Source: Octopus sinensis (lineage: Eukaryota). From it: a stretch of 64,000 nucleotides of DNA. Below, in pieces: positions 25,801-38,817 of the stretch. How positions within the stretch are numbered: position 1 is the stretch's first letter; every line of letters starts with the position of its first letter. Below the pieces are notes generated by a model. It was not told where the DNA came from. It saw only the letters and a list, made by a program, of their open reading frames with translations, and did not search any database. Position numbers and translations under genes: made by a program. The stretch covers positions 52,080,001-52,144,000 of the forward strand of contig NC_043015.1 in the NCBI RefSeq assembly GCF_006345805.1. Direction: 5' to 3'.

Positions 25801-26899
25801 GCTGTAGCAACTTTACAACCGAAGAGATAAGTAACTCATTTCAAAATCACAAGTTCCGGTTTCAAACTGAGAACACGGTGTGCTGGGAACCTGTCTTTAC
25901 GATCAAAGTCCTGTGAGTAAAATTTGTTTAACGGGAATTTTAGTAGCAAGTTAGTGGACGGACTGTACTTGTAAAATAAAAGTCCGGCGTCAGATCAACA
26001 TGGCGAACGCTCACCCCCTTCTATGTCAATTCAATTACAGTTGCTCAAACAACAGCTCTGTGCAATTCTGACCGCGGTACAATTCATAATTTGTGTTCTC
26101 CTTAGTTTTTGTCAATCACTGTGAATCGAACGGCCTATAAATATAAGGGGCGTAACTCGGATGTATATATCTGTGAGAGTGTGTGTATATGTGTGTGTGT
26201 ATGTATCTATATCTGTGTATCCCTTTCATATTAAGTATCCGAAAAAAGAGCACTCAATACAATGGTAGAGAGTAATGATATTTTATATCGGTCGAGTTAT
26301 CTTTTTACTATTCTGGAATATACATACACCTTACCTTAAACGAATGCCTTAGTTGCTAGTGTGGCTACGACTATTTTTCGCTCATATTTTTCCTGAAATT
26401 AAAATGCACTAGCTGTACTCTTTTTCGTGCGACATAAGGAATCAGGAAGACAGCTATCTAAGCGCAGACGCAAACACTATTGCACTTGTTTTGCAGCGGA
26501 TGAGGAAAATTAGTTGAATGAGTGGATAAACGGATCGTATCATAGTTCGATTGGTAGAAGAAAAAAAAGGATAAAAATAATAAAAGCGTATTGACAATAA
26601 TACAAATATTTGTTATCACACGAGTTGTTTACCAATAACTAAATTCGTTGAGTGCTTGTTTCACAAAACAGCACACTCGTGCACACGAGCGCTAACACGC
26701 GCAGACACGTGCAAATACACGCAATCACACTTAAACGAACACAGCCCTCCACTCAGGTGTACATATGAAGAGATGCCTCGCATCCTTTTCTACACGTAAC
26801 TACACACTCTAGAGCCACATGTAAATATGCGCATGCTCAAAGCCATATACTGACATCCAGAAGGAACTGCTTATACATAGACACTAATTCGCATACGCC

Positions 26900-27360
26900 T
26901 AAACACACACACACACACACACACACACCACTCACACACACACACACACATTCAGATATATACACATGCGCACATACTGTATTTCACACATACACATACT
27001 TGCACACATACACACACACGCACACACGCACATGCACTCACACACACGTGCACGCACATACAAACACACACACACGCACACACACTTGCACACACACACA
27101 CACACACAACGCACACGCACTCACACACACGCGCATGCACACACATACAAACACACACACGCGCATGCACACAAACAGCTCTTCCACACAAGTAATCGCA
27201 CAACTCACACACCTTTCTACACACGTAAAAACACACACACACACATGCATGCACGCAAATTCACACATTCGCACAGATAGCGAATCATACACACACATTC
27301 ACGTACGTGGGTTCGCACACACAAACACACACGTACACATACGCACACACACCAATATAC
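26900..27360. repeat. Degenerate (CA)n tract
   Basis: Direct reading. Confidence 0.9.
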
Positions 27361-27569
27361 ACGCATACACAACCATGTACGCTCAAACAGAAATACCAGT
27401 GGACAGAATTTACACCGAAAACACAAACACAGGTGTTGACAACAATTCCATTTACACACCTGTTTGTGGTATTTTAATTGAGTCTCCTGCTGAGACAAAA
27501 GCAGGTGCTTGCTGTCTATATTCGGCTAAATATTGTAATGCACGCAAACACGTCTACTACCGATTGCTA

Positions 27570-27641
27570 TTCTTCTTCTTCTTCGTCTGATTATTATCAT
27601 CATCATCATCATCATCATCACCATCATTATTATTATTATTA

Positions 27642-27691
<50 letters not shown>

Positions 27692-28112
27692 ATCATTATT
27701 ATTATTATTATTACTGCTGTTGTTGTTATGGTCGTTATAGTGTTATATTTAAAAACTCTTCTTGTTAATGATATTAATGGTAATGATGATGACAATAGAT
27801 GTGATGACGATGATGATGATGACGATGGCGATAATGATGATGATGATGATGATGATGACGATGATGATGATAACGATGATGATGACGACGATGATGATGA
27901 TAATGATGATGGTGATGACAATTATTGTCTTTGGTGGTGTTATTGATGTTGCTATATTCAACATTACTACTACTACTACTACTAGTAATAGTAGTAGTAG
28001 TAGTAGTAGTATTTGGTGGTGGTTGTTATGGTTGTAGCGGCAACGTTGACGGTGTCGTCGTGTTGTTGTTGTTGTTGTTGTGTTGGTGGTGGTGGTGGTG
28101 GTGGTGGTGGTT
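27570..28112. repeat. Compound trinucleotide arrays (CAT/TAT/GAT/TAC/TAG/TTG/TGG)
   Basis: Direct reading. Confidence 0.95.
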
Positions 28113-28539
28113 AGTATTTCCATAATTCAAAATTAGCGATATATTCTTCCAATTCACTTCACTGATAGTAACATTGGTTCCTGGAGGTGTGGCATTCACT
28201 GGAGGGCCTTCTAGATATTATCTTCCACAAATGTTGTCAGAGAGAGTCCACCACAAATATATATCTGATAAGGAAAGTATGTCACGTTCTTATATATTGA
28301 ATTGTAAAATTCATTCGTTTCTTTCCAATGCCATTTTGAAGAAATAACAGGAAAAATATTTTATCTTAGTGTTTTATGTATTTTTTTATTGACTCCATTC
28401 TTGTTCTCCGCATTTTGATTATCGTTTTTGAAATTTGGACAAATATAAACTCGTCTCAGGTATATGCCGATAAAAACAGAACAGCCAAAAAAAAAAGATA
28501 AATAAATCAAAGAATGCTTTGAGGAACGTTATTTACTTT

Positions 28540-28770
28540 GTTTACATTGCACGGATTTTGTTTGTTGTTACCACAGCGTTTCGGCTGGTTTATTCTCCAG
28601 CCTTCGTCAGGTGCTCTGTTAGAATTTTGAACCGAAACTTGAGTTCTCATTCCTAAAGTATTTTTTTGCTGATGTTGTTTTTCTTATTAATATTATTATT
28701 ATTGATATTATTGTTTATATATTCAAAGCACTGCCTGAAATTGAACTCGGAATCTTAGGGTTAGTATCCT
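28540..28770 (-). mobile_element. tRNA-headed short element carrying a hammerhead-like motif
   Basis: Minus strand: B-box-like gagttcaatttc, (AAT)-rich linker, then gcacctgacgaaggctggagaataaaccagccgaaacgctgtgg. Confidence 0.6.
28571..28614 (-). ncRNA. Minimal type I hammerhead ribozyme motif (this copy probably inactive)
   Basis: CUGACGA core, perfect 6-bp stem II GGCUGG/CCAGCC, GAAAC; cleavage triplet reads GCU rather than GUH. Confidence 0.55.
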
Positions 28771-29069
28771 AATGACTAAAAGAGAGTCTCTCGGAAGCGT
28801 GAATGATTAGTGATTTCAAGTTGAGTCTAACATTTCGGTCCCTTAGTCTCACAGTTCAAAGACTTTAATAACTCTATTCGTCTTGTTTGCCGAGCCAATA
28901 TGTTGCTGAGACGTAAATGAAAGAACACCGGTTGTTAAACACTAGTTGGGACAAACACTAGCCTCACAGTTCAAAGAATTAAATAACATTATTTCTTTTT
29001 TTTTTTTTGCGGTTTCTTGCAATAAATTGAAGAATTTTTTAAATAATCTTTTTCTCGATTCAATGTTTG

Positions 29070-29900
29070 GACTGCGGTCATGCCAGGACATCGCCCTGAA
29101 ATGTTTACGTGAACAAATCGGCTCCAGGGATTATTATTTTAATTCTGGTGCTTACTTTATCGATTCCTTTTTGCCGAACTACTAAATTCCGGAGATATAT
29201 ACAAACCAACAACGGTTGTCAGCGGCGTTGGAGAACAAACACGAAAACACACACACACACACATATATATTTCTTTATTGCCCACAAGGGGCTAAACATA
29301 GAGGGGACAAACAAAGACAGACAAAGGGATTAAGTCGATTACATCGACCCCAGTGCGTAACCGGTACTTTATTTATCGACCCCGGAAGGATGAAAAGCAA
29401 AGTTGACCTCGGCGGAATTTGAACGCAGAACGTAACGGCAGACGTTTTTGCCAGCTCGCCGCTTTCAACACACACACATATATATTTCTTTATTGCCCAC
29501 AAGGGGCTAAACATAGAGGGGACAAACAAAGACAGACAAAGGGATTAAGTCGATTACATCGACCCCAGTGCGTAACCGGTACTTTATTTATCGACCCCGG
29601 AAGGATGAAAAGCAAAGTTGACCTCGGCGGAATTTGAACGCAGAACGTAACGGCAGACGTTTTTGCCAGCTCGCCGCTTTCAACACACACACATATATAC
29701 ACACAGAACCATAAATACACACACATGCACAATTATATACGTATACGACAGGCTTCTTTTAGTTTCCGTCTACAAAATCCACTCATAAGGCTTTGGTCGA
29801 CGCAAGGTTATAGAAGAAGAGTCATGTTTAAGTTGCAAATCAGTGGGACTTAAACCTAACTCCGTGCGGTTGGGAAGCAAACTTCTTACCAGGCAGCCAC
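29070..29900 (-). mobile_element. SINE family A split at its internal microsatellite by a tandem pair of family B SINEs
   Basis: Tail 29070-29255 (gactgcggtcatgcc..ttgccgaac) and head 29740-29900 (acgacaggcttctttt..cttaccaggcagccac) flank the insert. Confidence 0.75.
29268..29681 (-). mobile_element. Two identical tandem copies (215-bp period) of an internally deleted family B SINE
   Basis: Base-for-base identical units; both lack the middle of the tRNA head (ggcagacg/tttttgccagc). Confidence 0.9.
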
Positions 29901-30141
29901 TGGCAGGAGGCCACAGATATATTAAGGATGCATATGGTCTATTTCAAATATCGCGTATACGTCTGGTGTCTTTTTTATTTAATTATTGATTCTGGGAAAA
30001 TGAATACGAAATCTATTCCAATGGGATTTTCAAAACCATAATTTCGAAGCAGTGAACTAAATACTTGCGACGCGTTCTCGTTTCAGAGACCGCTGTGTCT
30101 GCCCCCTCCAGGCGCTCTAATAATAATAATCATCATCATAA

Positions 30142-30180
<39 letters not shown>

Positions 30181-30754
30181 TATTATTGTTATTATTATTA
30201 TTATTATTATTGTTATTATTATTATTGTTATTGTTATTATTATTCTCGTTTGCTAATTTGACATTTCAATATATTGTTATACATAAATATATAATGTATA
30301 AATATCATTATACATAAATTTAGCGAATTGAATAAGATTATCGAAAGTGAAGCGAGAACAAGTGGGAATGTAGTTATTACTCGTAGGAATTGCAGTATGC
30401 TCTCCACAGTTTCCTGGTAAAATAAACACACTATGCTTCATAATTAAACATTAATGCATTCGGATGAGTGTGTCAACATATTCTGGCGTACAATTCGCAA
30501 ATATTAAAACTCAAGGTTACGGTTTAGGTTTTCAATTATGATAATTAGCTCGCAAAATTCAATTTTTTTCCCCAATGCTATGTAGCTGGAAATTCATAAT
30601 ACGCAATAGGAGATCTAGAAGTCAGGCAGTTGCCTGTTAAAAGACAAGTTCAGTCATTCCTACACTTGCAGTTTATTAAGGTTAAAAAGGGGACATTACA
30701 TGGTCTAGACTTCAGGACTATGAAGAAGAACGGTACTATTTCAATGATTATAAG

Positions 30755-31190
30755 GTGACGAACTGGCAGAATCTTTAACAAGCCGGGCGAAATGCTTAGC
30801 CGTATTTCATCTGTCCTTACGTTCTGCGTTCAAATTCCGCCGAGGTCGACTTTGATTTTCATCCTTTCGGGGTCGATAACACAAGTACCAGTTGAGTACT
30901 AGGGTCGATGCAATCGACTATCTCTCTCTCCCAAATTTCAGGCCTTGTGCCTAGAGTAGAAAGGATTATTTTAAGGTTGCAAGCTGGCAGAAACATTAGC
31001 GCGCCGGGCGAAATGCTTAGTGGTATTTCGTCTGTCTTTACGTTCTAAGTTCAAATCCCTCCGAGGTCGACTTTGCCTTTCGTCCTTTCAGGGTAGATAA
31101 ATTAAGTACCAGTTGCGTACTGGGGTCGATCTGATCGAATGGCCCATCCCCCAAAATTTCGGGCCTTGTGCCTAGAGAAGAAAAGAATAT
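30755..31190 (+). mobile_element. Two adjacent family B SINEs (short-tail type)
   Basis: Each reads ctggcaga..cgggcgaaatgcttag..gttcaaat..gaggtcgactt..ttcatcctttc.gggt.gata..aagtaccagttg.gtact.gggtcgat..ggccttgtgcctagag. Confidence 0.9.
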
Positions 31191-31371
31191 CTCATTGATC
31201 ATAACAGTTATTAAACGCATCATATCTTTTACTACCTGTCATCTTTTGCTTGTTTAACTCATGGGACATTGGCCATGCTGGGGCGGGTTAGTGGAAAAAA
31301 TCAACAGTAGTACTATTTCTAGCGTTGGCGTTGGTCATATCCAGTAGCGCTTAACTATAATTATATCTTTA

Positions 31372-31412
<41 letters not shown>

Positions 31413-31413
<1 letters not shown>

Positions 31414-31562
31414 AGGCGTAGAGTGGGTGTGTGGTAAGTACCTTGCTTACGAAACCACATGGTTCCGAATTCTGTCCCACTGCGTGGCACCTTGTGTGAG
31501 TGAATTTGTTAGACGGAATCTGAAGAAGCCCGTCGTATATATATATAATATATATATATATA

Positions 31563-31607
<45 letters not shown>

Positions 31608-31850
31608 ATGTGTGTGTGAGAGAGAGTGTGTGTGTGTTTGTGTGTCTGTGTTTGTCCCCCCAACATCGCTTGACAATCAATGTTGTTTACGTCCCCGTAA
31701 TCTAGCGATTCGGCAAAATAGACCGATAGAAAAAGTACTAGGCTTACAAAGAATAAGTCTTGGGGTCGATTTGCTCAACTAAAGGCGGTGCTCCAGCATG
31801 GCCACATTCACATGACTGAAATAAGTAAGAGTAAAAGAGTAAAGAGAGAG
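31413..31850 (+). mobile_element. SINE family A with internal deletion
   Basis: taggcgtagagtgggtgtgtggtaagt..gaagcccgtcgtata..microsatellite..ggcggtgctccagcatggcc..gagtaaaagag. Confidence 0.9.
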
Positions 31851-31857
31851 TGAGAGA

Positions 31858-31932
<75 letters not shown>

Positions 31933-32522
31933 GACAGAGAGAGAGAGAGACAGAGAGACAGAGACAGAGAGAGAGACAGAGAGAGAGACAGAGACAGACA
32001 GACAGACAGACAGACAGACGGAGAGAGAGAGAGAGAGAGAGAGTGAGAGTCTTTCTGTTAGTTACAAACGTTGCATACAGCAACTTATAAGTTTCCGAAG
32101 CTACTCTCATCAGAAATCTTCATTGATACAGAAACCCTTCTACAGAGCCCAGGTACCAAATAGTGCTACCAGTTTCAACAGCATTATCATGCTTCTTTAT
32201 AATTTCAACTACAAAGCTACGTTTCATTCCTGATCCGAAATGATGGTTTCCAATCTACAACGAAGCGCAGTGAGTTTCGAGAGGAAGTGGTTAATAAATA
32301 GCGTCCTTTTCAGCACATGACTGGTACAATGTTTTTTCACCCCTGGGGGGATAAAAGGCTATGCTAACCCCGGCCAGATGTTTGCTCATTAGTGATACGT
32401 ACACCTTCAATTTTTCGATGTTATTTACGTAGCCTAGTAGTTCATCAAAAGAGAAGGATACCATATGTACTACACTTGTTAAAAAAACGCACAAACACAC
32501 AAACACACACACACACACACAC

Positions 32523-32596
<74 letters not shown>

Positions 32597-32600
<4 letters not shown>

Positions 32601-32760
32601 GACGGGCGTCTTTCGGTTTCTGCCCACTAAATCCACTCACAAGGCTTTGGTCGGCCCGAGGCTATAGTAGAAGTCACTTGCCCAAGGTGCTACGCGCTGC
32701 GACTGAACCCGGAACCATGTGGTTGAGAAGCTAGCTTCTTACAATCCACCCACGCCTGTT
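32597..32760 (-). mobile_element. SINE family A, head half
   Basis: acgacgggcgtctttcggtttc..aaggctttggtcggcccgaggctatagtagaag..gactgaacccggaaccatgtgg. Confidence 0.85.
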
Positions 32761-33604
32761 CCTAATACGTGTATTTCTATGTGTATGTATGTATTTATGA
32801 ATATATGTATGTATGCATATAAGCTCCTACGTACGTATGTATGTATGCATGCATGCGCGTGTGCATGTACGTATCTATGTTTGTGTGCATGTATACATGC
32901 ATTTGTGTATGCGTGTGTGTGTCTATATATGCAAAACTTGAACTGGGCCTCTTAAGTTATCTAACAAAAGATATGCCGTGACGTAGGCTTTATCTCAAAA
33001 GTAATTTATCATCACATGATACTACTTAACACATTTCATTGGCCTACATTCGCCCACTTTCTGAACTCAATCCCTCTATCTAAAAAACACACACGTACAC
33101 ACGTACATAGCCACAATATTTGTTCAAACTGTTATTTCGAAACCTTCTTAGACCGTAAAATTATTTGATCGAGTTCCACTGTTTAGTTTTACGCACAGGT
33201 TGTCAACGTTTACCTTGGGAAGTTGCTGTTGAGGTGTGGGAAACAAATACGGAAAAAACTTGGAATGCTCTTTCAAATTATGTTAGACATGGGGGAAAAT
33301 TTCTCATTCATAATACATTAGAATGAGTAAGCAGAAGACGGGGGAAATGTGAGATTTACATAAACTTACATGCAACCGGATGTTGAATATATATATACAT
33401 GCAAATAAGATATAGTTAGATGTATACACTCACATAAATGCGTATACATGTGACTGTTGAAAGGAAATGTTTACACGAACTAGTATTTAGATAACCGTCC
33501 GCATATTTTCATTCAGCTAGTCACGAAAGGGGTCTCACTCAGACCCCACACACCCACACACACTCACACACGCAGACACAAAAACATGTGTATTCTTTTC
33601 TTCT

Positions 33605-33926
33605 TTTCTTCTTTTATTCGTTTCAGTCATTTGACTGCGGTCATGCTGGTGCCCCGCCTTCTAGTCGAACAAATCGACCCCTCTTTTGCCGAACCGCTAA
33701 GTGACGTGGACGTAACTACATCAACATCTGTTGTCAAGCGATGGTGGGACGATAAACATACATACACACACACATATACACATTCATATGTATACATATA
33801 CATATACCACGGGCTTCTTTTAGTTTCCGTCTACTAAATCCTCTCACAAGGTTATGGTCGGCCCGAGGCTATAGTAGAAGACACTTGCGCAAGGTGTCCT
33901 GCAATGGGACTGAACCCGGAACCATG
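33605..33926 (-). mobile_element. SINE family A
   Basis: tcagtcatttgactgcggtcatgctgg..gccgaaccgctaagtgac..gggactgaacccggaaccatg. Confidence 0.85.
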
Positions 33927-33930
33927 AAAT

Positions 33931-33991
<61 letters not shown>

Positions 33992-34054
33992 GCATATATA
34001 CATATATACATATATATACATACATACATACTAATATATATATATATATATATA

Positions 34055-34217
34055 TACCGAAAGCTTCTTTCAGTTGCCGTCTACCAGATCCATTCAGAAC
34101 GCATTGGTCGGCCAGAGGCTACAGTAGAAGACACTTTGCCAAGGTGCCAGGCAGCAGGCTGAACTCAGAACCATGTGGTTGGTAAGCAATCTACTTACCA
34201 CACAACCACTCCTGCGG

Positions 34218-34218
<1 letters not shown>
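34055..34218 (-). mobile_element. SINE family A, head half
   Basis: gcttctttcagttgccgtctacc..accatgtggttggtaagcaatctacttaccacacaaccactcctgcg. Confidence 0.85.
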
Positions 34219-34220
<2 letters not shown>

Positions 34221-34309
<89 letters not shown>

Positions 34310-34311
34310 TA

Positions 34312-34383
<72 letters not shown>

Positions 34384-34395
34384 ATATATATATAT
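34221..34395. repeat. (TA)n microsatellite
   Basis: Direct reading. Confidence 0.95.
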
Positions 34396-34468
34396 GACTC
34401 GGAATTTGGACTCAGGACGTTAGAACGGATGGAATGCCACCAAGGAATTTTCCCGCTATGCTAATGAT
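34396..34468 (-). mobile_element. SINE family B, head fragment
   Basis: gaatttggactcaggacg..gctaatgattctgccagctcgccgcct. Confidence 0.75.
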
Positions 34469-36502
34469 TCTGCCAGCTCGCCGCCTGTATATGATATCAA
34501 TAGAGAAATAAATATCAGATTAATCAAGGCACCAGTACAGTGAATTGTATTCATTTTACTGAAAATGAATGTCATAGCAGGATTTGAACTCTATACCCAA
34601 AGAATCCATGGTGTTATATAAAACTTTGTACTACAATTCTACTTCATATAAAACCTACAGAACAGGCATAATTGTCGACCAACAGCCTTCAAGGGTCTGG
34701 TCGTCTTAAGAAACAGGCCGACTACAGAGAATTACAATGATATTTGTTGTCTTATTTGAGTGCAGTTTAATTCTGTGAATGTAGCGTACCATCGAGGAGG
34801 AGATCTGCCTCACTAATTTCCCTTGAAGGACAATGGCGTTGGTATGAGGATGTGAGTATTAAACATAAGAATTCAAGTATTCAAGGCAAATATTTGATAC
34901 AATGCTTTCGGCTTTTGATTGCAGTCACGGAAGTGTATCCTTCTCTAATTTATTTCGCGTTTAATTTTTTTTTTTCAGTAAGATTATATTCAATTGATCA
35001 GTTATATTAAATTGATCAAACATACTCCAGCAATACTTATGTTATTTAATAAAATTATTAGAAATCGTAGAGTGAACTTTCCTCCTGAAATTGAAAATCA
35101 ACGTTTCGGAAAGAGTCCTTCAAAGTAAAGTTGACTTGGGAGAATATATGAGACATAGTAATGTTTTGCCCCCTCTCTAATACAAAATTCTTCGTCCTTA
35201 TTTCTTCTTAAATCAATAAATATTGTATTTATTTCACCAAATAATTCACGAATAGATGTTATTTGGGTAAAACTTAAAAAAAAGAAATCTATTTAGAAAA
35301 ACGAAAGAGAAACTCCAGAATATCTCTTCATATTAATAAGAATTCTTATGTCACATATAATTTGAAATCAGATAACCAAGAAATTTGCCATGCAAATGAG
35401 AAATAATTGTAATTATAGAATTATGATAACAATATTTTTATATCATGTTATTAAATAATTCATTCCTAACATTTTTCAAATTAGGAAACGAAGATTTACG
35501 AAGTGGTATTTACACCTCTAAGAATCATCACACAATAAGCGCTTATATATCATCCAACCTTTACAACTGAGGTCAACTTCACAACAAAGATATTGATTTT
35601 CCAAGATTGATATATATATATAGGAATATGTATATCTACTTTGAGATTTAATGTGTGAAATTTACATGATAAATGCAAATCTTATTTCAAGATTATACAA
35701 GGTTATATTAGAGGCACGAATTGTATTTTAATTAGGTAAGCAATATATCTCCAAAGATGTTATGAATCTTTTGAATATCTCAATGCTAATAAACGGTTAT
35801 TAAGCAGTTAAATGTGTGAAATTGAGTGGGGTTTGTCAATGAGACAATGAGGTGGCCGTTACTAACATATTCGTAACGTTCTGAGAATGTTGTGAATAGG
35901 TTAGAAAATGTAGAAACGCTACTTGTTTTAAGCAGTGTGAAATTTTACAATAACGGCAAAAGAATACGTCTTTGACGATGCTGGTTCTAAAGTAAATGCA
36001 ATGAATTTACCCTCAAATATGTGTGTGTGTGTTTGTGTGTGTGGAATTGGTATCAAAACAGTTTATAGTTCAAGTTTCTTAGTTGTTATGTAGAAACAAT
36101 TTATGAAACTTGCTCGTTGCAGATTTAGTATAAAGGATTTCATCAGTATGTTATTAGGGAAAACGGAATATTCAGAGAGAGGATGAGAGAGGGAAGAGAG
36201 AGGTCTTCGTCAGTAAAGAGACTAAGATGTGGGAAAAAAAGTAGATTAAGGTAGAGAGAGAGAGAGAGAGATGTAGAAGAGAGGGGGAGAGAAAGGGGAA
36301 GACAGACGGAAATGCAGAGAAGGGAGAGGGGAGGAAGAGAAAGCGAAAACGTGATAAAGAAAGGGAGAGGATAATTGACGAAGAGAGGGTCTTTATTGTT
36401 AGAAACATCCGAGAAACTGGGTGATGTAGAAGGAGAATATCAAACAGTTATACATATGGAGGAAATATCTCTTACCAATATAGTTACAAGGTCTATGGCG
36501 GT

Positions 36503-36700
36503 GAGCTGGAAGAATCGTTAGTACGTCGAGATAATCGCTTAGCGGCATTTCATCCGTCTTTACGTTCTGAGTTCAAATTCCGATGAATCAGCTTTGCCTT
36601 TCATCCCTAGTGTTTAGCAATTAAGCACTAAGGTTGATGTAATCGATTTGTCCCTTCCTCGAAACTGATGGATTTGTGCCAAACTTTATAACCAATATAA
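36503..36700 (+). mobile_element. SINE family B
   Basis: ggcggtgagctggaagaatcgttag..gttctgagttcaaattcc..tttgcctttcatcc. Confidence 0.8.
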
Positions 36701-37117
36701 GTACAAGGTCTTAATTTTAAGCGGGGAGCAGGTTAATTGGTACCGTCGACTCTAGTATTTGACCGGTAATTTGTTTAATCGACCCCAAGGGCTGGGGGTA
36801 GATTGGGGGTAGAGGTGGTAAACAGAGTTGACTGCAGCCGAATTTGAACCTAAAAATATCAAGAGCCACAAGTACATATTTTATTTTACCAAAGGTATCA
36901 AACATACCTTTATATTTCCATCGCTTAATAATGCTTGATTTCGCTACTAAATCAATGAAACCTGCCAGTGGCACATTTGCAAAAATGCCTAAGAGACACG
37001 AAATTATTTCCATCTCTCACAATAACTTCCCGGAGAATTCTTTTAAAGGTTTCCATTTTGATATCTTCGAAACAGAAATTGGTAGACGAATTTAAGAGTC
37101 GTTGGCTGGGCACACAA

Positions 37118-37428
37118 ACTGGTACCCCGAAAGGATGAAAGGCAAAGTCGATCTCGGCAGAATTTGAACTCAGAACGTAACGGCAGACGAAATACCAATT
37201 TCTTTACTACCCACAAAGGGCTAAACACAGAGAGGACAAACAAGGACAGACAAACGGATTAAGTCGATTATATCGACCCCAGTGTGTAACTGGTACTTAT
37301 TCAATCGACCCCGAAAGGATGAAAGGCAAAGTCGACCTCGGCGGAATTTGAACTCAGAACGTAGCGGCAGACGAAATACAGCTAAGTATTTCGCCTGGCG
37401 TGCTAACGTTTCTGCCAGCTCGCCGCCT
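37118..37428 (-). mobile_element. SINE family B, dimeric form
   Basis: Two gaaaggatgaaaggcaaagtcga..gaatttgaactcagaacgta units linked by the long tail; intact head aggcggcgagctggcagaaacgttagc. Confidence 0.9.
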
Positions 37429-37489
37429 TGAAGGTCTGGTTTCTTATTCTATCCTTAAGGTTTTGTTTCTTATTCTATTCGTCTCTTAA

Positions 37490-37730
37490 GCCGAGTTATC
37501 ACGTGACGATTACATAGATGAAGCAACAGCAGTCATTATGCATTGGTGGGGACAACACGTACACACACACACACGACGGTCTTCTTTCCCTTTACCTCTA
37601 CCAAATCCACTCAATTGATTCAGTCTAATCGAAGCTACAGTAGAAAACGCTTACTCAAGGCTCCGCGGAGTAGCATTGAACCTAGAACCATGTAGACGAG
37701 AAGCAAGCTTCTTACCACACAGTCACGCCT
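37490..37730 (-). mobile_element. SINE family A, degenerate
   Basis: ggggacaaca..acgacggtcttcttt..ctaccaaatccactca..tacagtagaaaacgcttactcaagg..cttcttaccacacagtcacgcct. Confidence 0.7.
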
Positions 37731-38374
37731 GGAAATGATTTTTTTAATAGGCGTCAGCCATCGCATCTTTATTGTCTGTAATAACAACAATTATTTATTC
37801 TGACTACTTCACGAAAATAAAATACATAAGCCATATGAGGATCATTTTATTTTTCCTTCTAATATATTATCTGACGATTAACAATTAGTTTTTGTTAAGC
37901 TAAAATTCAGAAATTTAAGACAAGTTTTACTTAATATATTGACTCAATTTTGCCCATAATAAAAATGCAAGAAGACAAAAAAAAGAAGAAGAAAAAACAC
38001 TCTATGGAACAATTTCAATCATTAAGCTCTATTAAATGGAAGAAATTATGTCCAAAAGTAATCGCACTAATATTCATTTCTAAAATTAAATATAATTAGT
38101 TTTTATTTACGAATTCAGACGGCTATAAGACTTGTATTAAATTTATTGAACTAAGTGAGTTAGGAAGAGATATGAGCAACAATATATTTTGGAATATCAC
38201 GTGTTTCTTAATCTGAAACTATTTTTGTTGGGAAAAATAAAAAGGAAAAAAGAAAAAGACGCGGATACATTACATCGGCATATTTACATATTTGCAATTA
38301 AGCTTCTGACATTTTAAGAGATATACACTTATACACGCAAGCATATATATATATTATATTATATATTATATATA

Positions 38375-38409
<35 letters not shown>

Positions 38410-38473
38410 GTAATATATATATTGTATATATATATATAGATGTATGTATGTATGTATATATATATATATATGA

Positions 38474-38572
<99 letters not shown>

Positions 38573-38817
38573 GGCATATACATACCATACATATGTATAA
38601 TGCCCTCTATATACATTAATATATAAGAATATTTTTTCCGAAATTTTTTCTTTATGAGGTTTTTTTTCTCTTATGAGGTTTTTAGCTATCTACCTGACAA
38701 TTTCTTGTTAAGTTTCCATTAAGTAATTGCCTTAATTGCTAAATTTTTATATATATAATATATATATATATATATACATATATGATATATAATATGAGAT
38801 CCGGATACAGTAGTACG

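Noticed and set aside
25990-26070. Kozak-like caacATGG start / YY1-like motif suggesting a promoter
   Set aside because: The ORF is only 23 codons and short motifs are expected by chance; there is no CpG island or transcript evidence
32085-32120. ctgatgagagtagcttcggaaac on the minus strand
   Set aside because: Stem II register is wrong and there is no stem I pairing; likely chance
34785-34851. Possible 67-bp coding exon (VPSRRRSASLISLEGQWRWYED) with a good GTGAGT donor
   Set aside because: The acceptor lacks a polypyrimidine tract, there are no partner exons or recognisable homology, and it cannot be supported without RNA-seq
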